Virus record (IMG/VR): IMGVR_UViG_3300032213_001373
Location: 1-64,000 of that record
Strand: one strand, 5' to 3'
Length of the DNA stretch: 64,000 bases
Origin: a virus
Shown: piece by piece, positions 1 to 9,271 of the stretch
Layout of the letters: each line of letters opens with the position of its first letter
How positions within the stretch are numbered: the stretch's first letter is position 1
The notes under the pieces: generated by a model
The model's database searches: none
Told to the model about the DNA's origin: nothing
Seen by the model: only the letters and a program-made list of their open reading frames with translations
Translations under genes and position numbers: made by a program

Positions 1-719
1 AGCATGAAGTTACCTGGAGCTGCGTACTTTGTTACTTCGATGAACTCTGGGTTGTCACGAAGCTTGCGGCTCTGGTGTGGGTGAATGAATGCAACATATG
101 TCTCACCTAGGCGAGGGATGTTCTTTGTTGCAAGTGTCTCTACTGCGTCCTTGACAACACCTGTTGTGAGGTCAAATGCGCCAGTTAGAGATGCACGGTT
201 TGTACCAGCGGTACCTGTTCCGTACCAGTCATTTGCAGCTGAAAGACCTGAGCGGTCGTAACCGTAGATAACTGATGATGCTGCCATGAGTGTGTCACGA
301 GCCTGACCATCTAGGTAGAGGGCCATGTTACGTCCAAGAAGACGTGAAGCTGATGCCATAACGTCATCGAATGATGCGTTAAGTAGTAGTTCTGAAACAG
401 CAATTGCGTAGCCATGCTCTGCAACTGTGATTGAGAACTGCTGTGCTGTCAATGCGTTTGTTGACATACGGACACCTTCAACAAGTGAAGATGCAAATCC
501 GAGGTTGTTATAACGCATGAAGTTGATCTGGAGACCAGGTGCAACGCCTAGTTCTGTCTTCTTAACAGCGAACTGTTCGAAGCGTAGGATTGGCATTGAC
601 TGGAAAAGGATTTCCTTTGACCAGATGGTTTGAATTGCTTGTGTAAGCTGGCTGTTAGCGCCAGAATACGCTGTAGGTGCTGCGGCTAAATTGCCGGTAC
701 CTGTTACGGCTGATGCCAT
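1..719 (-). CDS. Major capsid protein, N4-gp56 family (5' part; runs off window)
   Basis: Hand translation from ATG at 719 (RBS AAGGAG): MASAVTGTGNLAAAPTAYSG...IWSKEILFQSMPILRFEQFAVKKTELGVAPGLQINFMRYNNL...IPRLGETYVAFIHPHQSRKLRDNPEF; directly downstream of scaffold and portal. Confidence 0.9.
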   Translation of the reverse strand, partial: MASAVTGTGNLAAAPTAYSGANSQLTQAIQTIWSKEILFQSMPILRFEQFAVKKTELGVAPGLQINFMRYNNLGFASSLVEGVRMSTNALTAQQFSITVAEHGYAIAVSELLLNASFDDVMASASRLLGRNMALYLDGQARDTLMAASSVIYGYDRSGLSAANDWYGTGTAGTNRASLTGAFDLTTGVVKDAVETLATKNIPRLGETYVAFIHPHQSRKLRDNPEFIEVTKYAAPGNFM

Positions 720-762
720 AGTCGGTTTTACTCCTTAGTTAGATTTATGGATAGGTAAGTGT

Positions 763-1545
763 TTACCCGAAGATTCCCTTATTTCGATCATTCGCTGCTT
801 TTCCAAGAAGCTTTGATCGGTATTTTGCGTACTCGGTAACCGACATGGCAGCAATTTGTTCTGCCGTTAACTGATTTTGCTCCATATTAGTGTCCATCGG
901 TCCGGTTGGCGGCGCGGTTACCCGGCTGCCGGTCATTTCTTTACGTGCATTCTGCATAGCAGACTGCGCCGATTCCAAGATTCGGGAGCTGCGCTCACGC
1001 AATCCTGTAATACTACTTTCGATCTCTTCCTTGGTATTACCAGAGATTAGATCTACGAGCTCGGGCATAATATTATCCCGCTCGTCTTCCAAGCGACGAG
1101 TACGATACTCTGTGAGTTCTGCGTACTGGCGCTCGCGTTCTAGAAGAGCGAATGTGCGTTCACGCTCGAGCTTTTCAGACTCAAGCTTTTCTGCCCACTC
1201 TTTTTCTTTTGTTTCAAGAAGTTGGCGGATATCCATCTCTGACTCGGCTTTACGCTTTGCGTCTGCTTCTGCTTCGGCACGTTGACGTTCAACCTCGGCT
1301 AAACGCTCTTCTCGTTCCTTCTTCAGCAAGGATAGCTCTTCTTTTAGAGAATCAATTTGAGGGTAGAGCTTTGATTTTTCTTGCTCTCGTACTCGCTTAA
1401 GATCCTCTTCAGTGTATTGGCTCATTATTACATTTGAGTTTTCTACTGAGGTTACTACATTTGTAGCTGGTGTTGATGTTGGTACGTCAGTCAAGAAAGC
1501 TTCTTGAGCTGCCGGAGTATCAACAATATTTGTTGCGTCTGACAT
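763..1545 (-). CDS. Capsid scaffolding protein
   Basis: 260 aa, E/K/R-rich coiled coil, between portal and capsid, C-terminal MSVTEYAKYR helix typical of scaffolds. Confidence 0.8.
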   Translation of the reverse strand: MSDATNIVDTPAAQEAFLTDVPTSTPATNVVTSVENSNVIMSQYTEEDLKRVREQEKSKLYPQIDSLKEELSLLKKEREERLAEVERQRAEAEADAKRKAESEMDIRQLLETKEKEWAEKLESEKLERERTFALLERERQYAELTEYRTRRLEDERDNIMPELVDLISGNTKEEIESSITGLRERSSRILESAQSAMQNARKEMTGSRVTAPPTGPMDTNMEQNQLTAEQIAAMSVTEYAKYRSKLLGKAANDRNKGIFG

Positions 1546-1657
1546 AGTTGTTCCTTAGGTGTAAGAGGTCGTTGTCCGAATTAATGCCACGATGACCTGC
1601 GGATATTTATGTGGTATTAGGCTGGCAAATTTTTCATCATTTGTCTGCCTAAATCTA

Positions 1658-3364
1658 TTATTCTTCTTTGTCTTGATCTGGGGTACGACGCTGAGGCATT
1701 TTCGTGCCGTAAGCTTCCGTAACCAGATCTACCTGGGTTTGGGCTAGCTCTTGTAATACATCCTTTTCTAGAGGACTAATTACACCTGGCTGACCGAATG
1801 GTCCAGGACCTACTCCGTCTCCTGGCACAGCGCCTGGAGGAGGAGTTCCATCAGGCATCATACCAGTGAGGGAGACGATAGATGCCGCAATCTGATTCTG
1901 TACAAGCTTAAGGGCTCCATCTGCCTTGGCATCGGAGATGAGCTCTGAACGAATCTCTTCAAGCTTCTCGTCTGGGAATTCTTCGCCTAGCTGGCGCAAA
2001 GCACCTTCACGGCTTTCAAGACCCATGTTCATCTTCTGCTGAATCTCGCTAAGGACAATTAGCTTATCCAAAGGTAGTGGAGGTGGGAAGTGAACTGTAG
2101 ATTCAAAAGTAACAGGGTTGTTTAGATCAAGCACAGGCATCTGGAACTTTTTGATAGGTCCATTAACTTCTGGGCGGTACATAAAGCCTTCTGGCTCTTT
2201 AAACGCCAAGGTCATCAAAACAAGCTCATTGATTCTCTGAATACCTTCACCATACTGTGTAATCTTCTGGTGATAGCGGTTCATCAATGGCTGGTACTGA
2301 ATAGACAATGCAACGCCTGAAGTGTTAGAGATTGGCTGTACTTGTCCTAGAGCTGTCTCTGGAACACCAACCATCTCATGCATAGCTGTCTTAATGATCT
2401 TTAGATACTCCATAGCGCCTGCAAGACCTTGTCCGCCGCCTTCTAGGTTAAATACCTGAGCATCCTTTGGAAGACCACCCCAAACCTTCTTAGGTCCCTT
2501 TTCAAGACCAGAAGCTTTAGCACCAGTGATAACTGTTACTGGAGCTGCGTGGTAGTTAATAATGTCCGCAATATCTGTTGCTGTTTCGTTGTAGTTGCGG
2601 TTTAGAACAATAATGTCGTGGCAATCTGAAAGTCCCCATGGAGATCCAGAAACACGTACGTTAGGGATATGTACTACCGGCACTACGCCGATTGGGTTAG
2701 GACGAGAGTCGATAATCTCGTCGTTGATATATTCTTCAATACGATCATCAGTCAAGATTTCAGTATAGGTATATACCTGACGAGTACCTTCGGTAGATGT
2801 ACCCCAGAAACGGTACTTTAACTTAAAGCGGATCAGACGGTTTCTATCGTGTGGGTGGAACTCTGGGAAACAGAAAGATGAGTTCAAAGGAAGAATACGA
2901 ACCTTGCCTGGATGTGCTCGACCGGCTGGATCTACGTAAGCCTCTTCATAGGCTACTTTAACGAAACAGTCTCCGGAAACTCCGCCTTGCTGGCCCATTT
3001 CCCACATAACTGATTGTTTATCGTTATCGGATTCCCAGACTCGCTTTAGTAGGTCTGGAACTACTGCTTCGGTAACTGATGGGCTTCTAAACTGTGCGCC
3101 ACGTCCGAAAGTAAAGTTAATGATGTAATCTGTAAAAGCTCTGTAATAGTTATATACCATCTGTGCTTCGCCAATTTCACGGCGATAAGACCAGTGATGG
3201 CCAAGATACATAGCCCAGTTTAATGAGTAGCGATTTAGACGTGGACCATGGACTTCAAACTCTTCGTCTGCAAGTTCTACAAGACCGAGAGGAGAAATAG
3301 AGATGGTTAAGTCAGATGACGCCGCTCTATAACTGGGAGGCGAGAAATCAATACCACCGGCCAT
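1658..3364 (-). CDS. Portal protein (SPP1 gp6-like)
   Basis: 568 aa; NPIGVVPVVHIPN, WGLSD, NTSGVALSIQYQPL motifs; position between TerL and scaffold. Confidence 0.9.
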   Translation of the reverse strand: MAGGIDFSPPSYRAASSDLTISISPLGLVELADEEFEVHGPRLNRYSLNWAMYLGHHWSYRREIGEAQMVYNYYRAFTDYIINFTFGRGAQFRSPSVTEAVVPDLLKRVWESDNDKQSVMWEMGQQGGVSGDCFVKVAYEEAYVDPAGRAHPGKVRILPLNSSFCFPEFHPHDRNRLIRFKLKYRFWGTSTEGTRQVYTYTEILTDDRIEEYINDEIIDSRPNPIGVVPVVHIPNVRVSGSPWGLSDCHDIIVLNRNYNETATDIADIINYHAAPVTVITGAKASGLEKGPKKVWGGLPKDAQVFNLEGGGQGLAGAMEYLKIIKTAMHEMVGVPETALGQVQPISNTSGVALSIQYQPLMNRYHQKITQYGEGIQRINELVLMTLAFKEPEGFMYRPEVNGPIKKFQMPVLDLNNPVTFESTVHFPPPLPLDKLIVLSEIQQKMNMGLESREGALRQLGEEFPDEKLEEIRSELISDAKADGALKLVQNQIAASIVSLTGMMPDGTPPPGAVPGDGVGPGPFGQPGVISPLEKDVLQELAQTQVDLVTEAYGTKMPQRRTPDQDKEE

Positions 3365-3385
3365 TACTTAGCTCTTCCTGACATA

Positions 3386-3661
3386 TTATTTGCCCCCACG
3401 CTTAAAATATTTATTGTCAACATTTGTTGACTTTGCCTTCTTCTTTTCTGCTTCTTTTTTCTTTATAGCTTCTGTTTTTGGATCTGGATTAGTAACGTCT
3501 TTCTTTGATGACACATATTGTCCACCACGTTTTTTATATTCATTACTTGCCCATTTAGCTGCGGCATATCCTAAACCACTTCCACGATGTGAAGGGTATT
3601 TAGCTTTTGCCTGCGACACTACGGAGTTCCAAAGTTTTTGGTCCGCCGCTATGTTTGCCAC
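3386..3661 (-). CDS. Small basic hypothetical protein
   Basis: 91 aa, GTG start with GGAGG RBS; LW...AKAKY...W..EYKKRGG pattern. Confidence 0.75.
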   Translation of the reverse strand: MANIAADQKLWNSVVSQAKAKYPSHRGSGLGYAAAKWASNEYKKRGGQYVSSKKDVTNPDPKTEAIKKKEAEKKKAKSTNVDNKYFKRGGK

Positions 3662-3680
3662 TTATCCTCCTAAGCTATTA

Positions 3681-3723
3681 AGGCATCCCAGCCCCGGAGA
3701 AGGGATACAGGGCTGGGGTGCCT
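3681..3723. promoter_or_regulatory. Intergenic 14-bp hairpin with purine-rich (+) / pyrimidine-rich (-) loop
   Basis: AGGCATCCCAGCCC / GGGCTGGGGTGCCT, loop CGGAGAAGGGATACA. Confidence 0.6.
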
Positions 3724-3739
3724 CTATAGTCTACTGTAC

Positions 3740-4147
3740 TTAGTCAGCTACCTGTGCAGGATTTACACGCTGGTAGCGTGAGCCTGAGCGAATAACTTCT
3801 TCGATTTCAATCTGAGAGTGATCTCCAAAGCTTCCTTGTGAAAACTCACCAAGATAAATTGGTGCTTCTACCCAAGCAGCAGATCCAACGTGGGCACGAG
3901 CCTTCATTGTCTCTTCTGGATACTTCTCCATGACATTCATGTTGTGGTTTGGACGACCGGCTGGTGTGTCATAGCCTGAGTCAAGTCCTACCTGGAAGTC
4001 ATTTGGTACATCGGTGTCTGTTGCAACGCCTTCTTCAAAACGAAGTGGGCCACGAAGGCCTGGTGTTGCAGGAGACATTTTGCGCTCATAGGTTGCGCCA
4101 ACCTTCTCAGGGAACTGAGGAGTTGGGGCGATATTGCTTACTGCCAT
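3740..4147 (-). CDS. Hypothetical protein (head module)
   Basis: 135 aa, AGGAG RBS. Confidence 0.8.
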   Translation of the reverse strand: MAVSNIAPTPQFPEKVGATYERKMSPATPGLRGPLRFEEGVATDTDVPNDFQVGLDSGYDTPAGRPNHNMNVMEKYPEETMKARAHVGSAAWVEAPIYLGEFSQGSFGDHSQIEIEEVIRSGSRYQRVNPAQVAD

Positions 4148-4227
4148 TATTTTCTCCTATAGGGATTGAGTTTGAGGGTCCTCAGGTAAAAGTATCGACC
4201 TATTTCAAACGTTTAGGTATCTAAACC

Positions 4228-5808
4228 TTAAAAAAATGGTGAAGAGCTAACTTCTACCGATGGCATAACCATATCCTGTGTTAGGGAGCATGCCAAGGCT
4301 AAAGAGTCAACAAAGTCGTCGTGGGCATGGGCTTCATCCGGAGCCTCAACTGTAAAGTTAGGACCCTTGTATTTGACCTCTGCATCCGTCATTTGTTGAA
4401 AAAACTTCTTCCAGATACGTAATCTTCTAGTTTTTGCATGGGCTGGCCATGAAACCATTTGACGCTGGATAAGAGCCTGTAAGTGCTTCCAACGACGTGA
4501 CTGCTCTGATGGGCTAGAAGAGATCGGGATAACCTCAGCTCTGGGCATAAGGATCTTCATACGACCAGCTACGGCGTCTCCTACACCATTGGCGTCTACG
4601 CCGATAGCTAGCACGTCGTAGTTTTCTAAGAAGTTAACAATCTGAAAGTATTGCTCTTCCCAATCGTCCCCTTGAATCTCTAACCAGTTCAAAACTCTAT
4701 GGTCGTAGTAACCAAACTCGTCTGGTCTATCCCAGTCAACCCACACAACAGTCACAACTGTTGAGTCCATTTTTCTAGCTGGGTCGATACCTACAACAAC
4801 CGGAGAACGATGCCACGTCTTTACTAGCTCTTGAGATGTGTCACCCAGCTGCTCCATAACTGTAGAGGTTACGAACATACCTCTTTCAAGCAACCACTTG
4901 CAGTTGTAAGAGAGCTGGAACTCATCGGAGTCCTCCCCAATACGTAGCATCTCTTTCTTAATGAACTTTTCATAGTTATTGTTGAACTTAGCCACGTCTT
5001 TCCAGTCCCATTGGAAATGGTTCTGTTTAGCAGATCGCCCTGTCTGACGTCGTTTATTAAGTTGAATGGCTTTATAGAAATTGTTCTTACTTGTAGTTGG
5101 AGTGCCTGTCTTAACAATCGTAGCGTTGTAGTACGCACCCATAGGAGCAATAGACTTAGATACTACGAAGTCATCCGCTTCTTGGCACTCGTCAATGATA
5201 ATTAGGTGGAACGACTTAGATTCGATCTTAGCTCTTGGGTTAGCTGTCATCATCATAAGAGTAGATCCGGAGTTCTTAAGCTTGATGTTCTTCACAATTC
5301 CAGGCATCTTTGTTGCAATATCGTCGATCTCAGGATCTCCAAGAACTTCAATAGCTCTTTCGCTAGTTAGGCGGGATACGGTACGTCCATAAAGAGTTTC
5401 TACCTGAGACTGGATAGGTGCAAACATACCTACCCAAATACCATCACCAAACTTACCTAAAAGATCTGGGTACATTCTTGCAAGACGTGGAAGAATAACC
5501 ATCAACGTAGCAACGGTATTAGCGATTGTTTCTGACTTACCAGACTGACGTGCAGCAAGGGCTGTTACTTCTTCACCGTCATTTATGATTACCGACTCAA
5601 TAACTCTACGAGCCAAAGGTTCTTGGTATGGGTGGAGCTTATGCCCTACCAACATTTCCATGAACTGCATAATTTTTTCTATCAATGCCTTTACAAACTC
5701 TTTAGAGAGTTCATCCAGCTCTTCGACCTCTTCTTCAGGCAGATCTTCAAGGTCATCAAATGTTGGTACATCGAGTTCCTCAAATTGTTCATCTTCAAAG
5801 TCTTGCAT
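4228..5808 (-). CDS. terL: Terminase large subunit
   Basis: Walker A ARQSGKSE, Walker B IIIDE, coupling motif TGTP, RNase H-like VGIDPA ... HDDFVDS. Confidence 0.95.
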   Translation of the reverse strand: MQDFEDEQFEELDVPTFDDLEDLPEEEVEELDELSKEFVKALIEKIMQFMEMLVGHKLHPYQEPLARRVIESVIINDGEEVTALAARQSGKSETIANTVATLMVILPRLARMYPDLLGKFGDGIWVGMFAPIQSQVETLYGRTVSRLTSERAIEVLGDPEIDDIATKMPGIVKNIKLKNSGSTLMMMTANPRAKIESKSFHLIIIDECQEADDFVVSKSIAPMGAYYNATIVKTGTPTTSKNNFYKAIQLNKRRQTGRSAKQNHFQWDWKDVAKFNNNYEKFIKKEMLRIGEDSDEFQLSYNCKWLLERGMFVTSTVMEQLGDTSQELVKTWHRSPVVVGIDPARKMDSTVVTVVWVDWDRPDEFGYYDHRVLNWLEIQGDDWEEQYFQIVNFLENYDVLAIGVDANGVGDAVAGRMKILMPRAEVIPISSSPSEQSRRWKHLQALIQRQMVSWPAHAKTRRLRIWKKFFQQMTDAEVKYKGPNFTVEAPDEAHAHDDFVDSLALACSLTQDMVMPSVEVSSSPFF

Positions 5809-6043
5809 TAGACTGCCTTCTATTGATTGTTTCTACTATAGTGTAAACGACTTCAGCGTTTAATCTAGCCTCTTCTAAATAGGAAAGGTCTTCTGACTTC
5901 TGCCATGCAGCTAAATTGCGTCCAATAGGGTAAAGAGCTTGCTCTACCCACTGGACTAGTTCCGAAGTCGGAAGCGACTCTACTCGCTTCTCAACCCTAG
6001 TTTTCTGTCGCTCCTGCTTCTGCTTCTTGCCCAAACCGAACAT
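5795..6043 (-). CDS. Hypothetical protein
   Basis: Likely ATG at 6043 (MFGLGKK...), stop overlaps TerL start. Confidence 0.65.
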   Translation of the reverse strand: MFGLGKKQKQERQKTRVEKRVESLPTSELVQWVEQALYPIGRNLAAWQKSEDLSYLEEARLNAEVVYTIVETINRRQSNARL

Positions 6044-6302
6044 AATCCCAGTCGACCTCCTCTTTGTCCATAGCCCTGCCACGTATTGCATTTGTTAGGG
6101 CTTGACTTTCACTTAAACTCTCGCCCCACTTACCTACTACTAAAGCTAGTCTAGTAAAAGGTAATCGTATAGCTAATCCTACTCCAAAACGGAAAGGCTC
6201 TCTAATTTCTTGTGTCTCTGCACGTTCCCACAACACTGGCGGTTTTATTGGGTAAACCAACGGATGCCAGTAGAAGTGACCTACGTCACGAGGATTCGCC
6301 AT
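5997..6302 (-). CDS. Hypothetical protein
   Basis: ORF in tightly overlapping minus-strand run. Confidence 0.65.
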   Translation of the reverse strand: MANPRDVGHFYWHPLVYPIKPPVLWERAETQEIREPFRFGVGLAIRLPFTRLALVVGKWGESLSESQALTNAIRGRAMDKEEVDWDYVRFGQEAEAGATEN

Positions 6303-6564
6303 CGTCATCTACCTCACATACGTGATCTGGCACTTCACGTTCACTTATGATTTCTAAACAGACACGGCATTTAAAATATTTAAGTGGCGCAAAATTATTT
6401 TGCGCTGTTCCACCTATTGCCGTCTCTCCTCCGCCATTATCTGGTTCATAGTCTACAACAACTTCTGGACGCTGAAACAATTCTGGTGGGAAAGGACCTT
6501 TAGCATATGTTGCAGCATCAGGCACAGGATGACCCTGTTTTGTTGCAATACGTTCAATTCTCAT
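6286..6564 (-). CDS. Hypothetical protein with C-terminal C2HC zinc finger
   Basis: FKCRVC...HVC. Confidence 0.7.
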   Translation of the reverse strand: MRIERIATKQGHPVPDAATYAKGPFPPELFQRPEVVVDYEPDNGGGETAIGGTAQNNFAPLKYFKCRVCLEIISEREVPDHVCEVDDDGESS

Positions 6565-6658
6565 TAATCATAGTCCGATTTCTATAACAATTTAATAAAG
6601 ATATATTATATCGGTTTGCGGGTGGCTGACACCCTGTATTTACTGGTATGGTATTGCT

Positions 6659-6790
6659 ATGGCCAGAGCAATCTGGCCATCAGCACCTCCGTAACAAAAG
6701 GGTTGCAGACCGAACTTGGCAGAAAGAGGCCAAGTTGCTTAGTATATGTGACAGATATACGAAGTCAGGACTGGCCTTCTAGCCTAGGAG
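6659..6790 (+). promoter_or_regulatory. Structured 5' leader of the transglycosylase gene (riboswitch/attenuator-like candidate)
   Basis: Four consecutive hairpins including ATGGCCAGA-GCAA-TCTGGCCAT; CTTCT (6776-6780) can pair with the SD AGGAG (6786-6790). Confidence 0.45.
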
Positions 6791-6795
6791 ACCGA

Positions 6796-7332
6796 GTGCA
6801 AAGTTATGAAAGATCGCATGTAGCAATGTTAGTCCTATACGGACTACTACTTATCGGAATACCAAAAGCTCTAGCTGCAGACACACCTGTAGTAGATGGG
6901 TCGACAGTAACGGTTCAAGTAGTAAATCCGTTAGACAAGTACCGCGGAGCCACCGAGCTCACTGATACGGAACTTGTTGACTTACTGTCACTAGTTGGCT
7001 TTGAGGGTAAATCCTTAAAAACAGCTTGGGCCGTAGTTATGCGGGAATCCAGGGGTAACCCAACATCCCGGAATAATACTCCAGCAACTGGGGATAACTC
7101 TTATGGGCTATTCCAGATCAACATGATTGGTGGTCTTGGAGAAGTTCGCAGGGGAAAATTTAATATCGAAAAGAATAGTGATCTATTTGATCCAGTAACC
7201 AATGCTCAGGCAGCCTTCTATATGACGGCTCGTGGGACAAATTGGGGTTCTTGGGGATTAGGTCCTGACGCTTACGATGGTTCTCCAGAAGAACCGAGTG
7301 TTACCAAATGGTTGGATGACTTTCCATCATAA
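6796..7332 (+). CDS. Secreted lysozyme-like / SLT lytic transglycosylase
   Basis: GTG at 6796 after AGGAG; signal peptide ending ALA; catalytic RESRG, SYGLFQIN, DPVTNAQAA, WGSW motifs. Confidence 0.85.
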   Translation: MQSYERSHVAMLVLYGLLLIGIPKALAADTPVVDGSTVTVQVVNPLDKYRGATELTDTELVDLLSLVGFEGKSLKTAWAVVMRESRGNPTSRNNTPATGDNSYGLFQINMIGGLGEVRRGKFNIEKNSDLFDPVTNAQAAFYMTARGTNWGSWGLGPDAYDGSPEEPSVTKWLDDFPS

Positions 7333-7336
7333 AGAG

Positions 7337-7363
7337 AAAGGCCCGGGAAACCGGGCCTTTTTT
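7337..7363. terminator. Bidirectional intrinsic terminator
   Basis: AAAGGCCCGG-GAAA-CCGGGCCTTTTTT between convergent genes. Confidence 0.85.
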
Positions 7364-7850
7364 ATTTAGGAGGGTCAATTCTATTCAACGACAGTATTGC
7401 TTCTGCATCTGGAGATCCAAACTTATCCTCGTACCCATTCTCTACATAATCGCAAAATGGACATGTAGCATGGCTTAGAGATACATGCTGAAAATCACTT
7501 TTATGTAAAGGTGCACCAAGACGTTTATTAAAAGGTCTTAAAATACCTCTGGTTTCATACATAGACAATGCTTCTGGTTTTGGCCACGGTACAGAAGCAA
7601 GATTTACATGTTCTTCGTGAAAATCTTTAATTTGTTCGTAAGTCCCTGCTTTTTTAAACTTATCTGCAACCTTATCCATATGACCGATGTATCGTTTAGA
7701 AGAATCAGCATAATCCTGTGTATCTTGAGCATCTCGTTCTTCTGCGGACATTTTACGTCTAGCGTTTGACCAATCCTCAAAAGCATCTAAATCAACGTCA
7801 GGAATTTGCAACCCGGTTGCTTCATGAAAATCATTATTATTTCTTCCCAC
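7362..7850 (-). CDS. Hypothetical protein
   Basis: 162 aa, GTG start after AGGAG; CPFC motif. Confidence 0.75.
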   Translation of the reverse strand: MGRNNNDFHEATGLQIPDVDLDAFEDWSNARRKMSAEERDAQDTQDYADSSKRYIGHMDKVADKFKKAGTYEQIKDFHEEHVNLASVPWPKPEALSMYETRGILRPFNKRLGAPLHKSDFQHVSLSHATCPFCDYVENGYEDKFGSPDAEAILSLNRIDPPK

Positions 7851-7961
7851 TTATTCTTCTCCTAAATGTTTCATCTCACAACTACGAGCTAAATCAGGAA
7901 CAACGTAGATCTTCCCGCAGAATTCGCAGGTCCACCGCTTAATGCGTTCCTTATCGTCCAA
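7851..7961 (-). CDS. 36-aa zinc-finger microprotein
   Basis: Hand-read: (M)DDKERIKRWTCEFCGKIYVVPDLARSCEMKHLGEE, TTG start, fills gap exactly. Confidence 0.6.
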   Translation of the reverse strand: MDDKERIKRWTCEFCGKIYVVPDLARSCEMKHLGEE

Positions 7962-7963
7962 AG

Positions 7964-8257
7964 CTACTTCTTACCTGCTCTGCGCTTATTCTCCTTAGCA
8001 GTGTTCTTCCCGTGCTTTAGAGGGCGCAAATTGCTTGCCTTGTCGTTATCGTGGTTATTGTCTTTATGATCCACGTCTGTGCCTTTAGATAACTTGCCGT
8101 GCTTCTTCTCGTACTTAGCTCGGGCAGCGTTTTTAGAGGTAGTGTGCCACTTACCAGACTTATCTTTGTAGTGTTCAACAATGATCTTACGACCACCGTT
8201 TTGCTTAGAGCCTTTGTACTCTTTTCCGCCAGCTACTTCTTTTTTCTTAGTTGCCAT
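7964..8257 (-). CDS. Small basic HNH-motif protein
   Basis: DVDHKDNNHDNDKASNLRPL...N. Confidence 0.7.
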   Translation of the reverse strand: MATKKKEVAGGKEYKGSKQNGGRKIIVEHYKDKSGKWHTTSKNAARAKYEKKHGKLSKGTDVDHKDNNHDNDKASNLRPLKHGKNTAKENKRRAGKK

Positions 8258-8394
8258 TACTTCTTAGCTTTCTTAACCGGCTTCTTAACTTTGTCTTTAC
8301 CGGAACCTTCAGGTACGCAGTTAGGTACTTGCTTACCATCTTTGTTCTTCATACCGACCTGTACATAACCCTTCCAGCATGGATTAGTAGCCAT
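8257..8394 (-). CDS. 45-aa basic microprotein (CWKGY...GMK..GK.VPNCV motif)
   Basis: Hand-read MATNPCWKGYVQVGMKNKDGKQVPNCVPEGSGK...; coupled TAATG junctions on both sides. Confidence 0.7.
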   Translation of the reverse strand: MATNPCWKGYVQVGMKNKDGKQVPNCVPEGSGKDKVKKPVKKAKK

Positions 8395-8657
8395 TAGCAA
8401 TCCCACTTTCGTAGAGCTAGTGCCTTACGAGTTGGCTTACCGTTCTTGTCCTTCATAGGACCTGGCATACCACTCATACGGGCGCAGAAAGATTTACGAC
8501 GTGCAGCATCTTTAGGAGACTTCTTAGCCTGTGATGATGAAACTGGCGGCTTTAATGTTCCACCGGTTTCACGCTTGTATGAGGCACGACCTTTAGCGTT
8601 AAGTCCACCTTCAGGGTTCTTACCTTCTTTACGTTGCCATGCTGCTGTTTTAGCCAT
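8394..8657 (-). CDS. DUF6321-like basic phage protein
   Basis: AWQRKEGKNPEGGLNAKGRASY...RRKSFCARMSGM...ALRKWDC. Confidence 0.75.
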   Translation of the reverse strand: MAKTAAWQRKEGKNPEGGLNAKGRASYKRETGGTLKPPVSSSQAKKSPKDAARRKSFCARMSGMPGPMKDKNGKPTRKALALRKWDC

Positions 8658-8838
8658 TTTTCTTATGCCAATCTCTAGTTGCTTTTACGCCTTGTGCAAT
8701 AGTTTTAGATCCAGCTTTTTTAGTAAGGTTGATCTTGTCATACTTACCTTTTTTACCGGCATGGTCGACAATAATGTCTCCCTTGTTGTTTTTCTTAATT
8801 GTGTGCTTTTGACCTGCGGCCTTTATGGTTTTAGCCAT
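8650..8838 (-). CDS. Small basic hypothetical protein
   Basis: 62 aa, K-rich, coupled. Confidence 0.7.
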   Translation of the reverse strand: MAKTIKAAGQKHTIKKNNKGDIIVDHAGKKGKYDKINLTKKAGSKTIAQGVKATRDWHKKNG

Positions 8839-9089
8839 TAGTTAAGGTCCTTTCGATCTTTCCAGGAATCCCGCTCAACTCCGCACTCGTGTGTTAACGC
8901 TTTGTAGTCGATAGCATTCTTTTGCTGTATGCCGCCAATTATAGTCTCGTAATGGTCGCAGTCACGGCAATGAAAGCCAAATATGTTTTTACCCCCAGGT
9001 CCTTCACCTTCTTTGGTAAAGCGCAGCACGTCATGGTCTGTAGGCTGCTGTCTAGGAGGTTGTGGCTTGCGTTTACGTGGACGTCCCAT
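8838..9089 (-). CDS. Hypothetical protein, putative zinc-binding
   Basis: HCRDC...HEC. Confidence 0.7.
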   Translation of the reverse strand: MGRPRKRKPQPPRQQPTDHDVLRFTKEGEGPGGKNIFGFHCRDCDHYETIIGGIQQKNAIDYKALTHECGVERDSWKDRKDLN

Positions 9090-9268
9090 TAGTTACTAGA
9101 CTCCCCGCTTGCGCCCCTTCCAGGGGTCCGTAGAGGCACGCTCTTGTCTATCTTAGGTAGATAAGGTAGGCCTGTTAAGTACTCGGCTGCTTCTCTTGCG
9201 TATAGGCGTAGAGACTTATGAGCCGGAGCACTTTTAGGCTTCTGGTTAAAACTAGCCTTGCGTCCCAT
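9089..9268 (-). CDS. 59-aa basic microprotein
   Basis: Hand-read MGRKASFNQKPKSAPAHKSLRLYAREAAEYLTGLPYLPK...; fills gap. Confidence 0.6.
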   Translation of the reverse strand: MGRKASFNQKPKSAPAHKSLRLYAREAAEYLTGLPYLPKIDKSVPLRTPGRGASGESSN

Positions 9269-9271
9269 ATG

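Noticed and set aside
6659-6790. c-di-AMP (ydaO) riboswitch
   Set aside because: The context fits, but the conserved ydaO sequence blocks are not visible; kept only as an unnamed leader.
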